A stretch of DNA of 64,000 nt, taken from NCBI RefSeq assembly GCF_030144855.1, contig NC_082739.1, positions 15,252,001 to 15,316,000 on the forward strand, read 5' to 3'. Position numbers and translations under genes: made by a program. The notes beneath the pieces were generated by a model, which made no database searches, was not told where the DNA came from, and saw only the letters and a program-made list of their open reading frames with translations. The DNA comes from Hypanus sabinus. Lineage: Eukaryota. Each line of letters starts with the position of its first letter. The stretch's first letter is position 1. Of the stretch, positions 11,320 through 23,329 are shown piece after piece.

Positions 11320-11710
11320 GAAAGAAATATGTTCATATATTGCCTTTCATGTCCTACTATGTGTCCCAACAGCTGAATTACCTTTGAAGTGCACTTAATG
11401 TTAGTTTTATAGAAATGCCGGAGATAGTTCACATACAACAAATTCACAGAAACAGCAAGATGCTTGACTCAAGAATCAACCAAAAGATACTGGTTCAATA
11501 ATCACTTCTGACCAGCCTACTGGGGAAATTCTTTTGGACTTTCTCAAGAAGTGTCACCAATGTTTTATGTTCACTTGAAAAGGCAGCTAGGGACTGGAAC
11601 TCAGTTTAATGTCACAACTGAAAGATAACACCTTTTACAATGGTAAAACCTCTTTATACTGCAGTTAAAACCAGGACAGAGTCCTGACATAATTTAGAAA
11701 TGAGGACAGT
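11320..11710 (-). mobile_element. Ancient Deu-domain SINE (SacSINE1/AmnSINE1-like), diverged
   Basis: TTTTATGTTCACTTGAAAAGGCAGC..CTCAGTTTAATGTCACAACTGAAAGATAACACC resembles the reverse complement of the Deu core as recalled. Confidence 0.55.
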
Positions 11711-12195
11711 AGCTAAAAGCCAAACCACAGTTTAGCAGGAATCTGATTTTCTTGTTGATTATGAGCATTTTTGGCACTTAATAATAAGTGTTTCAACATA
11801 GAGCTTGAAGTTATTCTTTGCCAATAATCCAGTTTCCATGCTTTGAATAGATCCTTTAGTTTTGGTTCTGAAGCAAGTGCTGGCAAAGTTGTATTTATTG
11901 GCCATGATCTGCTGCTCTTAACATGAGAGGGTTACAGGAGGGCAGGAGGATAAATCTACCCATTGAGGCCGGATGGAGTTGTTGGACAAACCACATGAGG
12001 CTGGAAAATTTCTGTAGTTTATATTGCTGTTAAACAAGGCAAGGAATAAGGATGGAACTCCTCCGTACACATTGTTTTATTGGGCACATTGCTCAGCTGA
12101 AATCAGTGACTGACATAGCAACAGATCAAAAGTTATTATTGAAGGGAAATATAAATTAAATATATTACACTGCTTTCCCCTAAAAAAAAACACAA

Positions 12196-12585
12196 ATAGA
12201 ACATAGTACACTACAGCACATACAGGCTCTTTGTCCCATAATGTTATATCGACCCTAAAACCTACTCTAAGATCAACCTGACCCTTTCCTCCTACATAGC
12301 CCTACATTTTTCTGTCATCTGTGTGCCTATCTAAGAGTTTTTAAATGCCCCTGACGTATAATATCTGCCTCTACCACCACCAGTGCATTCCACACACTCA
12401 CTACTACGTGTAAAGAACTTACCTCTAACATCCCCCCCCCCCCCAATACTTTCCTCCAATCACCTTAAAATTATTCCCTCGGTATTATCCATTTCTGCTT
12501 TGGGAAAAAGTTTCTGGCTATCCACTCAATCTATGCCTCTTCTCTTGTACACCTCTATCAAGTCTCCTGTCATTCTCAAATGCTA
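12196..12585 (-). mobile_element. CR1 LINE 3' fragment
   Basis: ATAGAACATAG tail; TTGTACACCTCTATCAAGTCTCCT is the reverse of GDLIEVYK. Confidence 0.8.
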
Positions 12586-12659
12586 ATAATACTATCTAGA
12601 TCATTTAGCCAGTTGCATGACTATAAACTTAACAAAGTATATAAACAGCTTAGTAAAAT

Positions 12660-13330
12660 AGGAAGGTATATGGCAGGTGCATAAGTCGTGGAAAACAGTA
12701 TGGCAAGTTAAAATAGTGGTTATAAGGCGACCTAATTCTGAGTTTTATCAATTGAGGCATTGAGTATAAGTAGGGATATCCTGAGCTTTGTAAAACACTG
12801 GTCTAGATTCAGTTAGAGTATTGTGTTCATTTCTGAGCATCTTCTAAAGGATGGGAAAGTATTAGGGAGAGGCTAGGGATGATTTATGAGAGTGATTACT
12901 GGAATGAGGGCCTATGGTTACAAGGATAGATTGGAGAGGCAGGGATTATTTTATTGGAGAAGGGAAGGTTGAGGGAAAATCTGCTACAAGTATATAAAGT
13001 GATGTGGGTTTTTGGCAGAGATGTGGAGGAGTTGGGGACTGAAGGTCACAGAATAATCTAAAGAGGAAGAGAACTAATAGTGACATTTGAATAAGCCTTT
13101 TTACGCAATGTGCAGCTGCAATCTGGAATGCAGATGTGGAGGAGGCAGATTCCATTTGACTTTCAAGAAAGAATTGGATAAATATAATATAATTAGATAA
13201 ATGGAGGAAAAAAATTAGATATTGCAGGAAAGTGCTTGAGAAGTGGAATAAGTGAGTTGCACTGCCTGGGAGCTGTCATGCACATATTGAAGTGCCTTAT
13301 TCTGTACTGTAATCAATCTTTGAGTCTATG
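12660..13330 (+). mobile_element. Old CR1 LINE 3' fragment
   Basis: Decayed KTLVR..LEYCV.FW and YKDRLER-like sequence. Confidence 0.7.
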
Positions 13331-13611
13331 TTAAGAATAAACTCTACTCAGTTTTCTATTACTTTCAATCACAATTCTGCAAAATATAAGCAAAATAATA
13401 ACATGTCCCTCAATGGTTATCACAAGCCTCAGATTCTACACTGAGTCTTTCCATTACTGAGCATAACCATGAACAGAGGATATGAGATCATTTCTAATCA
13501 TCAATTATAACTCCAAATTTAACATAGACCAAACATCCTCTAACTACAAGTATAATTACTATTCTCTTCAAAATTTACCCAGAAAACACAAGCCCAAAAG
13601 TAGCATTCTCT

Positions 13612-13800
13612 AAATTAAATTTTATTTCCTTAGAGATGCAGCACATTAACGAGTTCTTCCAACCCAATGAGCCCATGCCGCCCAATTACACCCATGTCAC
13701 CAATTAAACACCTAACCCTTACATCTTTGGAATGTGGGAGGAAACCGGAGCACCAAGAGGAAACCCACATGGACACAGAGAGAACGGACAAACTCCTTAA
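13612..13800 (-). mobile_element. V-SINE/HE1-like SINE
   Basis: TTTGGAATGTGGGAGGAAACCGGAGCACC is the reverse complement of the V-domain core GGTGCTCCGGTTTCCTCCCACA. Confidence 0.8.
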
Positions 13801-13951
13801 CCCCACCCCCCCCACACCATCACCACTTGGAAGTGTAGTCTTCCTTCCAGGTAGCCAGCTTAAATACAATCTCCTCCACCACAGCAGCAAGATTCAACGT
13901 TAATAACTGTTTAAACAGTGGTGCATTTCGCTGTATGTTTCAATGTACATG

Positions 13952-14299
13952 TGTCATGGTCCCTTCTGGCAATTGCCCACCTGGCTATTTACCTCAGGAA
14001 TTGAGCCTCAATCTCCTCGTTTAGTTTCCAATCATTCCCAGGTTCCACTGACTACACACACCTGCTTTCCATCAGCAAATGCAGGATAAAGACCCTGTGA
14101 TCACAACATGGAGCTGCCAGTTTGTTGGTCGACTCCAGTGTGCATAACCTCATTTCATGGTTCTTAGGACTGTTAGTTCTAAGTCTAGCATTGCTCCTGG
14201 ATACTGATTCCATGCTCACTATGTCAATAACACCTCCCAACTCTGCCTCTGCGCCCGTGTTCTGCACTTGGGTTCGTCCACCGCCACACTCGTGTAACA
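13952..14299 (+). mobile_element. Solo LTR (348 bp)
   Basis: TGTCATGG...GTGTAACA flanked by a 5-bp TSD ACATG/GCATG (13947-13951, 14300-14304); inserted in a LINE 3' tail. Confidence 0.8.
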
Positions 14300-14344
14300 G
14301 CATGTGAGAAATAAAGCTAATCGTTATCTTTTACCTTTAAAGCA

Positions 14345-14498
14345 GCAAGAGAAAATCTGCAGATGCTGGAACTCCAAAGCAATACACAGAAAATGCTGGA
14401 GGAGCCCAGCAGGTCAGGCAGCATCTATGGTAAAGAGTAGACAGTCAACATTTCGGGCTGAGACCCTTCATCAGGACCCTTCCTCCAGCATTTTGTGT
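14345..14498 (-). mobile_element. Penelope pLTR with CpG-decayed hammerhead motif (14442-14478) and a short fold-back arm
   Basis: Minus strand GTCCTGATGAAGGGTCTCAGCCCGAAATGTTGACTG; followed on the plus strand by TTCCTCCAGCATTTTGTGT (inverted copy). Confidence 0.75.
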
Positions 14499-14584
14499 AA
14501 ATTAGTCACTACAACAGACCAATTTCCACCTTCTCAGTGGGTACCAGCAATGGTAATGCCATTGTCCTCACACTCTGCTGAACT

Positions 14585-14735
14585 AGGCAGCATGGTAGCA
14601 AAACACTTTCAATCGGAGTTTGATTTCCACCACTGACTGTAAGGAATTTGCATGATCTCCACATGACCATGTGGAGTTTCTCTGGGTGCTCCAGTTTCCT
14701 CCCACATTCCAAAGACGTATAGGTTAGAGTTAGTG
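14585..14735 (+). mobile_element. V-SINE/HE1-like SINE fragment
   Basis: GGGTGCTCCAGTTTCCTCCCACATTCCAAAGACGT core. Confidence 0.7.
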
Positions 14736-15817
14736 ACACTTGCAAGCTGTCCCCAGAACAATTCTCAAACGTGTTGGTTGTCAACAGAAATTATGTTACC
14801 AAGAACCTATCGCTCAGTGAACACCTGATTAGTGTCCAAATGGTTTTCAAAGCTTAAGATACTCATGTAAGCTTATTGTTTGGATATCTTTTCGTAATTT
14901 AAACTTTGCTGCTGTTCCCCATAATGTGGCTTGCAAGCGGGGTCCCATTAAGTACAATTAGGGGCCCACCTAGAGATGTTGGCCTGGGAGAGACACTGAC
15001 ATGGGTTTGGTGATCCTTCTAGTGGATTTAGAGAACTGAGCAAAGATGGGTCTGGTAGTATTTTCCCAGTGGCTCCAAGTGCCTGCTGTAGGTAGTCTAG
15101 GTCTCCGAAACATATAGCAGGTCAGGAATCATTCCTGTCGTAGACTGTGTGTTTTGAGCAGAATTTCACATCCTGTTCTTCCATCGATCTGCCCTGGTGC
15201 ACTGAAAATAGTTACATACCCCCAATGCAGTACAATTTCCTTCACTGATACTGAGCTGGTTCGATTTTTCCAATGACATATATATTACGTAGTTATATTT
15301 CTAATCCTGGCCTACAGATAGCAGATTGATTAGATTTATCATGACTGAATTTAAATTCTAGTCAGTGCCATATTTGTCTAACAAACAGAGCCACTTGTTA
15401 CGTCAACATTTATAGCCCCAAAAGGGACAGGCTTCTGATATGCTTCTTTTCAGTGTTCTGTGAATTCGGTTAAAGAGTTCAAATCTAAATATTGAGAAGC
15501 TTCAATATTAAGTCAATACATGTCAAAAAAGATTCAGTGCATAACAACATAGCCACAGATACTTTATTGATCAGCTGATTCAACAAAATTACTAACAGCT
15601 ATTCATTACATAAGGGTGCTCAGATTGGAGGGGTTAGTCATTCACATACGTGCTGCAATAGATTGCCACAAGCATTGTTGCCCAGGTTGCTCTTCATATT
15701 AGTTATCAAGAGCTACTGGCTGGTGACTAGGTCACCCCATCTTTTGATATTGGCTTTCTCCCCTCTATTTTTCAGTCGAAATGAAGGGTGTCAACCCAAA
15801 ACATCAACTGCTCAACG

Positions 15818-17560
15818 AAACCACAAGATGGGGGAGCAGATTTAGCCATTGAATCTGCTCCGCCATTCTGTCATGGCTGAAATCCACTCTCCCGCCTGCT
15901 CCCTGTAACCGTTGACACCCTGGCTAATTAAGAACCTATCAACCTCTGCTTTAAATATACCCAATGACTTGACCTCCACAGCTGTCTATGGCAAAGAATT
16001 CCACAGATTTACCGCCCTTTGGATAAAGACATTCCTTCTCATCTCTGTTCTAAATGGACATCCCTCTACTCTGAGGTTGTGCCCTCTGGTCCTAGACACC
16101 CCCACTATAGGAAACATCCTGTCCACATGCATCTAGGCTTTTCAATATTTGATAGGTTTCAATGAGATCATCCCATTCTTCTAAGCTCCAGTGAGTACAG
16201 GCACAGAGCCATCAGATGGTCCTCATACATTAATACTTTTATTCACAGAATCATTCTCGTGAAGCCCCGTTGAACCCTCTCCCATGCCAGCACATCTTTC
16301 TGAGACAAGAGGTCCAAAACTGCTCACAATAGTCCAAGTGTGGTCTGACCAGTGCCTTATAAAGCCTCAGCTTTTATATTCTAGTCCTCTCAAGATGAAA
16401 GCATTTTCCTTCCTCACCACTGCCTAAACCCACAAATTAACATTTAGGGAATCCGGCACGAGAACTTCCAAGTTGCATTTTGGAAGGACAAATTAAGGTA
16501 GGACACATATGGTAAATGGTAGGGCACTGAAGAGTGCGGAGGTAGAAAGGGATCTGGGAGTTCAGATACATAATTCCCTGAAAGGGGCGTCACAGGTAGA
16601 CAGGGTTGTAAAGAAGGCTTTTGGCATCCTGGCATTCATAAATCAAAGTATTGAGTACAGGAGTTGGGATGTTGTGGTGAGGTTGTATAAGACATTGGTG
16701 AGGCCAAATTTGGAGTATTGTGCACAGTTCTGGTCACCTAACTATAGGAGGGATATCAGTGAGCTTGAAAGAGTGCAGAGAAGATTTACTAGGATGTTGC
16801 CGGGTCTTCAGGAGTTGAGTTACAGGGAAAGATTGAACAGGTCAGGACTCTATTCCTTGGAGCGTAGAGGAATGAGGGGGGATTTGATAGAGGTTTACAA
16901 AATTATGAGGGGTATAGACAGAGTAAATGCGAGTAGGCTCTTTCCACTTAGATTAGGAGAGATAAATGCGCGAGGACATGGCTTTAGGGTGAAAGGGGAA
17001 AGGGTTTGGGGGAACTTCTCTCAGAGAGTGGTGGGAGTGTGGAATGAGCTGCCATCTGATGTGGTGAATGCGGGCTCAGTTTTAAGAATAAATTGGATAG
17101 ATACATGGATGGGAGAGGTCTGGAGGGTTATGGACTGGGTGCAGGTCAATGGGACTAGCGGAATAAAGTTTTGGCACAGACTAGAAGGGCCGAATGGCCT
17201 ATTTCCTGTGCTGTAGTGTTCTATGGTTCTACGGTTCTTTCCATGTCTGATTTTTGAATTTTCTTCCCCATTTAGAAAATAGTCTATGCTTTTATTCTTT
17301 TGACCAAAGTGCATGACCATGCACTATATTCCATCTTCCACTTTTTTTGCCCGTTCTCCTAATCTGTCTAAATCCTACAGACTTCCTGCTTCCTCAACAC
17401 TACCTGGCCCTCCACCTATCTTTGTATCATCTGCAAACCCACAAAGCCCTCAATTCCGTCATCAAAATCAAACATGAAAAGAAGCAGTCCCTGTGGAACA
17501 CCACTAGTCACCAGCAGCCAACCAGAAAAGGTTCCCTTTATTCCCACTCTTTGCTGCCTG
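15818..17560 (-). mobile_element. Older CR1 LINE fragment, split by a younger CR1
   Basis: Minus-strand CR1 sequence on both sides of 16472-17238, similar to 45202-47930. Confidence 0.75.
16472..17238 (+). mobile_element. Younger CR1 LINE 3' fragment
   Basis: ORF 16509-17216 ERDLGV..LYKTLVRPNLEYCAQFWSP..ERVQRRFTRMLPGL..RGDLIEVYKIM; (GTTCTATG)n tail. Confidence 0.9.
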
Positions 17561-18149
17561 ACCAGCTGAGTTCCTCCAATGTTTTATATGGTGCCACTTT
17601 GAAACAGTTGGCCACAGCAGTCACTTTCTTCAGAAATGGGGAGCTAAAATGGCAGATGAACTGGTTGAAATGTGCCTATCCTTTCTGTGATGTCTGTTAT
17701 TTCCACCCTCTGCTACAAGCAGTGACACAATTCTTATACCCATTGACAGCCAACAGAAAGTGCTCCTATCTCTGCAGAAGTTAGTTTTCAAAGTTGAAAG
17801 ATCAAAGTACATTTATTATCAAAGTGTGTATACATTATACAACCTTCGTCTCCTTACAGGCAGCCACAAAAGAAAAGAACTCAATAAAAAATGACAATTA
17901 AACACCCAGTGCACAGAGAGAAAGAAAATCATGCGAACAGTAAAAGTAAGTAAATAGTATCCAGAATTGAAGTTTTACGAAAGACATGAAACCAGGCATC
18001 ACTGCGGCTGGAGCAGGCCACAGCCTCAGTTCATCGCAGAGCCAAGTAAACGTCAAATTGTAGAGTTGCAAAATAATACAAATTAAAAAGTGAAATATAC
18101 AAATGTCCTGAGCAGGAACAAACTAATTCCACATCCACTACCAAAACAG

Positions 18150-19110
18150 TGAAGCACTCATATCTATGGTGATGACATGCTTTGAGAGGTTGGTCATGGC
18201 CAGAATCAACTTCTGCCTAAGCAAGGACCTGGACCCACTGCAGTTTGCCTATCTGATATCTGAATAAGTCTAGAGTCGATCTTCACTTGCTCTTAGATCA
18301 CCCGGACAATGCTAATTCTCACATCAAGCTGCTGTTTATTGACTGCAGTTCAGCGTTTGACACAATCATTCCTACAGTTCTGATCAAAAAGGTCTGTACC
18401 CCCCTCTGCAAATGGATCCTTGACTTTCTAACCAGAAGACCACAGTCTGCGCAGATCGGAAATAACATTTCCACCTCGCTGACGATTAATGCTGCCGCAA
18501 CGCAAGGATATGTGCTCTGTTTTCTCTACAACATATTGATGCAGCTACAAAGAAGGCATAACAATGGCTATACTTCATTAGGAGTTTCAGAGATTTGGTA
18601 TGTCGCCAAAGAGTCTAGCAAATTTCTACAGGTATACCATGGAGAGCATTCTAACTGATTGCATCACCAACTGGTATGGGGGAGGGAGCACTGCTCAGGA
18701 TCAAAATAAGCTGCAGAAATTTGTAAACTCAGTCAGCTCCATTATGGACACTAGCCTCCCCAGCATCCAGTACATCTTCAAGGAACAATGCATCTAAAAG
18801 TCAGCATTCATCATTAAGAACCCCCATCACCCAGAACATGCCCTTTTCTCATTGCTACCATCAGGCAGGAGGTACAGGAACCTGAAGGCACACACTCAAT
18901 GATTTAGGAATAGCTTCTGCCCTTCTGCCATCAGTTTTCTGAATGGATTTTGAATCCATGAACACTACCTCACCACATTTTTTCTCTTAATTTAACTTTT
19001 TAAATATGTGTATCTTACTGATGCTTACAGTATTATGTATTGCAATGTACTGCTGCCGTATAACAACAAATTTCATGACATATGCCAATGATATTAAGCC
19101 TAATTCTGTG
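18150..19110 (+). mobile_element. Rex1/Babar-type LINE with internal deletions
   Basis: LDPLQFAY, KLLFIDCSSAFDTI, WILDFLT.RPQ, YTMESILTDCITNWYG; 3' UTR as in 757-1436. Confidence 0.85.
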
Positions 19111-19708
19111 AAATTTATGCTTCAGGGATAATTTTATCCACAATATAATTGAATTAAGGTGTAAACTTGATTGCAAGGTGTATGGAGCACAAGACAGGAC
19201 ATTGAATCACTCATTTCTGTTCACCGACTCTTGAACCATACGGGCAAAGTTAATTCATGTGCAAAATCTTACTGTCCAATCTGTGAAACTGAATGACAGT
19301 TGTGTGATAAACATTCAATGTGGATAGCACACAGGAAATCAGATATAATCAACAAGGACAAACCTTTCAGACATATCAATAGTGAGCAAATTCTTGGGGG
19401 GGGGGTCATACAAAGGAGAATTCCTCATATTCACTGGGTTTGTAGGGAGTAGTTGGAAGAAAGAATGAGTTTGTGTAAGCAATACAATCGTGGAGGAATT
19501 AATGTCCCTCAGTTTCATCAAGTGCAAAGGACTCCTTTAAGATTCAAGATTCAAGATCAATATTGTTCATTACCATTCTTCAGTACACAAGTGTAAAGAA
19601 GAACAAACTGATTGTTACTATAGATCCAATGCAGCATTAAAAACAATAAACATATTGGACTCAATATAAAAAATCACAATAAATAAAAATAAAAAATTAT
19701 CTTATATA

Positions 19709-21311
19709 AAGTGCCTATAAAAAGTATTCATCCCCCCGTAAGTTTTCATATTTTATTGTTTTACAACATTGAATCACAGTGGATTTAATTTGACTGTTTT
19801 GACACTTTTGTGTCAAAGTGAAAACAGATCTCTACAAAGTGATCTAAATTAATTACCAATATAAAACACAAAATAATTGATTGCATAAGTATTCACCCCC
19901 TTTAATATGACACACCACATCATCACTGGTGCAACCAATGGGTTTTAGAAGTCACACAATTAGTTAAATGGAGATCACCTGTGTGTAGTGAAGATCGTTC
20001 AATTGATTGTAGTAAAAATACACCTGTAGCTGGAAGGTCTAACCGCTGGTGAGTCAGTCTCCTGGCAAAAACTACACCATGAAGACAAAAGAACACTTCA
20101 AGCAACTCTGTGAAAAGGTTATTGAAAAGCACTAGTCAGGAGATGGATACAAGAAAATTTCGAAGTCACTGAATATCCCTCGGAGTATAGTTAAGTCAAT
20201 CATCAAGAAATGGAAAGAATATGGCACAGCTGGATATCTGCCTAGAGCAGGCCATCCTCAAAAACTGAGTGACTGTGAAAGAAGGGGACTAGTGATGGAG
20301 GCCACCAAGAGACCTATGACAACTCTGGAGGAGTTACAAGCTTCAGTGGCTGAGATGGAAGAGACTGCACGTACAACAACTGTTGCCCGGGTGCTTCACC
20401 AGTTGCAGCTTTATGGGAGAGTGGCAAAGAGAAAGCCACTGTTGAAAAAAACTCACATGAAATCCTGGTAGAGTTTGCCAGAAGGCATGTGGGAGATTCC
20501 AAATTCAACTGGAAGAAGGTTCTCTGGTCTGATGAAACCAACATTGAGCTTTTTGGCCATCAGACTAAACAGTATGTTTGGTATAAGCCAAACACTGCAC
20601 ATCATCAAAAACACACCATCCCTACTGTGAAGCATGGTGATGGCTGTATCATGCTGTGGGGATGCTTCACTATAGCAGGTCCTGGAAGGCTTGTGAAGGT
20701 AGAGGGTAAAATGAATGCAGCAAAGCACAGGGAAATCCTGGAGGAAAATCTGATGCAGTCTGCAAGAGAACTGCAACTTGGGAGAAAATTTGTTTTCCAG
20801 CAAGACAATGACCCCAAGCATAAAGCCAAAGCTACACAGGAATGGCCTAAAAACAAAGTCAATGTCCTGGAGTGGCCAAGTCAGTCCAGTCCTCAATCCA
20901 ATTGAGAATTTGTGGCTGGACTTGAAAAAGGCTGTTCCCTCACGATCCCCATGCAATCTGACAGAACCTAAGCAGTTTTGTAAAGAAGAATGGGGAAAAA
21001 TTGCAGTGTCCAAATGTGCAAAGCTGATAGAGATCTATCCACACAAACTCAAGGCTGTAATTGTTGCCAAAGGTGCATCTACTAAACACTGACTTGAAGG
21101 GAGTGAATACTTATGCAATCAATTATTTTCTGTTTTATATTTTTAATTAATTTAGATCACTTTGTAGAGATCTGTTTTCACTTGGACACGAAAGAGTATT
21201 TTTCTGTTGATTCTATGTCAAAAAGCCAAATTAAATCCACTGTGATTCAATGTTGTAAAACAATAAAACATGAAAACTTTCAAGAGGGGGTGAATGCTTT
21301 TATAGGCACTG
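19709..21311 (+). mobile_element. Full-length (1603 bp) Tc1-family DNA transposon, Passport-like, IR/DR ends
   Basis: TA TSD (19707-19708, 21312-21313); ~200-bp TIRs starting (C/A)AGTGCCTATAAAAAGTATTCA, each with two AAGTATTCAYCCCC direct repeats. Confidence 0.95.
20079..21092 (+). pseudogene. DD34E-type Tc1 transposase, inactivated
   Basis: MKTKEH..GYKKISKSLNIP..WKEYGT; [25 protein letters not shown]; early TAG near 20132 plus frameshifts. Confidence 0.9.
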
Positions 21312-22171
21312 TAAATAGACTATGTATTTCCATACAAAAAGTGACTTGAGGTAAAGGTATGTCTGTACATAAGCGATTCTGACAGGAAATGATAAAGTAA
21401 TGGTGGTGGGATGGATCAAGAATTTATCCTTGCAAGTAACGTTAATCAACATGCAAAGTTTATCTGAATTAATTGGGAAAACATTATGCATGAATTGATT
21501 TGGTTCTAAGTACTCAAGGGCAAATTGGCACTGATGCCCGTATGGAGCATCAACCCAGCCCAATCTTTATGGGTTAATAAATTTCCAGTCTACTGAGTGA
21601 CATTTATTTATCCTTTGAAGTCAACCTAACCCAACAGTATAAAGAAAAGAGTCACTGGTGCATAATGCACTTTTTTTTTGCCTTTAGTTTTGAATCCATT
21701 CCAGGTCCAAAAAGCATCCTGATTAATTATTGATCACGTCAAGCTCCAGATTTCTTAGTTTTGTCTTGTCTTCAGTTTTACACTTCCTCCAGTTTCCTTC
21801 CTAAAATATCCAGTCATGGCTTTTACAGATCCCTCACATTTTGACCTTGTCTTTGCCTTTCCAACTTATATTAATTTTTAATTTATTGCATAATGTTCTA
21901 CTACCTCATTGACTAATTGTTTTGAGAATTTGAGTGCTAAGAAGGGTGATTTGAATCTGACAATTTTGATTTTGGGTTGAATGGGATTGATTCAGCTCAG
22001 GTCAGGGACTGATTCTAATTTATTCTGCAAATTATTGCTGGAATTTGTAACTAGATAATTATAGGGGTATGGAGGGTAAACTTTAAAGGACAGGATTAAT
22101 ATAATAACCGTAGCACAGTTAGCAAACAAAAAGAAATAATCATGCTGTATTCTGAATTCTGTAACATTAGT

Positions 22172-22515
22172 ACTCCCTCTCTGAGAATCATTACCTTGTC
22201 GTGGTGGAGAGGCATGTAAATTCCAGAGATCCCGAGCGTGTTGCCATCTGGAGCTTAGCTCCTGGCAGGATAACCCGTGGCGGTAAGATCAATAGGGAGA
22301 TTCCAGACAAAGGCCGATCCAACCAAGATGTCAGTGGTGGAGCTGGTAATAGATGAAGCACATCGCAACAGTAGGCTACAGCAGTGAAGAGTCCCCAGTC
22401 GTCTTGCATTCCATGCCACATGACCCTAACCCAGATCTGTCAAGGATCGTATGTGGCTGCCCATGCATCGACCTCCCTATATTAAACAAAATAATGCACA
22501 GGAATTCTCCATTAA
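22172..22515 (+). mobile_element. RTE-clade LINE 5'UTR-derived element
   Basis: CCTTGTCGTGGTGGAGAGG..GCTCCTGGCAGGATAACCCGTGG..CCAGACAAA blocks shared with the minus strand of 61140-61300; resembles fish RTE/Expander 5'UTRs as recalled. Confidence 0.55.
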
Positions 22516-22983
22516 GGGAATAATCCCTTGGGTGATTGACGTACTTGACTCGAGTGATCGCAAAGAGAGAATATTAGCACAACTTCCAATAGTTCCTCTT
22601 TGAATAAATTCTTAATTACTAGCATCTTGGCAACAGATAGTTCCTTGCTCCTTTTTGTTGTCATAGCTATTGCAGACCAACTCCATGAACATTCACTTAC
22701 AGTAGTCTTCATCTTGGACTTCCCATTCATATTTTTCTTCTGAAATTTATCCTCATAAACGTTGAGGCACTGTAATATAAAGCCAAGTTTCAAAACTAAC
22801 ATTAAAGCGCCTTTACCTTTTACAAATAGCAAAGACCAACCTGCAGGTCAGTACTGGGAAAAGGCTGGAGGATATCGGTGCTGAGGAAAACCAAGGGAAA
22901 TGTAAGGGTGAGGGGGAAAATTGGGTCAATGATCACTGAAGTCATCAATATGGCGGATCAAGTGGGATTGTGATCAATGTAAG

Positions 22984-23217
22984 CATCACACACAAAATGC
23001 TGGTGGAACACAGCAGGCCAGGCAGCATCTATAGGGAGAAGCGCTGTCGACGTTTCGGGCTGAGACCCTTCATCAGGAGTCGAGTCCTGACGAAGGGTCT
23101 TGGCCTGAAACGTCGACAGTGCTTCTCCCTATAGATGCTGCCTGGCCTGCTGTGTTCCACCAGCATTTTGTGTGTGTTGCTTGAATTTCCAGCATCTGCA
23201 GATTTTCTTGTGTTTGC
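22984..23217. mobile_element. Fold-back Penelope pLTR insertion with a hammerhead motif on each strand
   Basis: 101-bp inverted arms (22981-23081 / 23082-23182, 7 mismatches); 16-bp TSD TTGTGATCAATGTAAG at 22968-22983 and 23218-23233. Confidence 0.9.
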
Positions 23218-23329
23218 TTGTGATCAATGTAAGATGGGTTAATATTAATATCATTGGATAATCAAACTTTTGCTTCCTGAATACCCTTGGGTATATTTTA
23301 TAGATTTTGGGCTGCTGATCATGAAAATC

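Noticed and set aside
11281-11380. Strong plus-strand splice acceptor followed by ATG
   Set aside because: The frame closes after 24 codons and the sequence lies in the tail of the Deu-SINE remnant
16509-17216. Longest ORF in the window (235 aa) as a host gene
   Set aside because: It is the C-terminal part of CR1 ORF2 running into the 3'UTR
20453-21013. 186-aa minus-strand ORF
   Set aside because: Antisense shadow of the Tc1 transposase
22512-22832. 106-aa minus-strand ORF as a single-exon gene
   Set aside because: Non-ATG start and no recognisable homology; only the internal 69-nt exon candidate was kept
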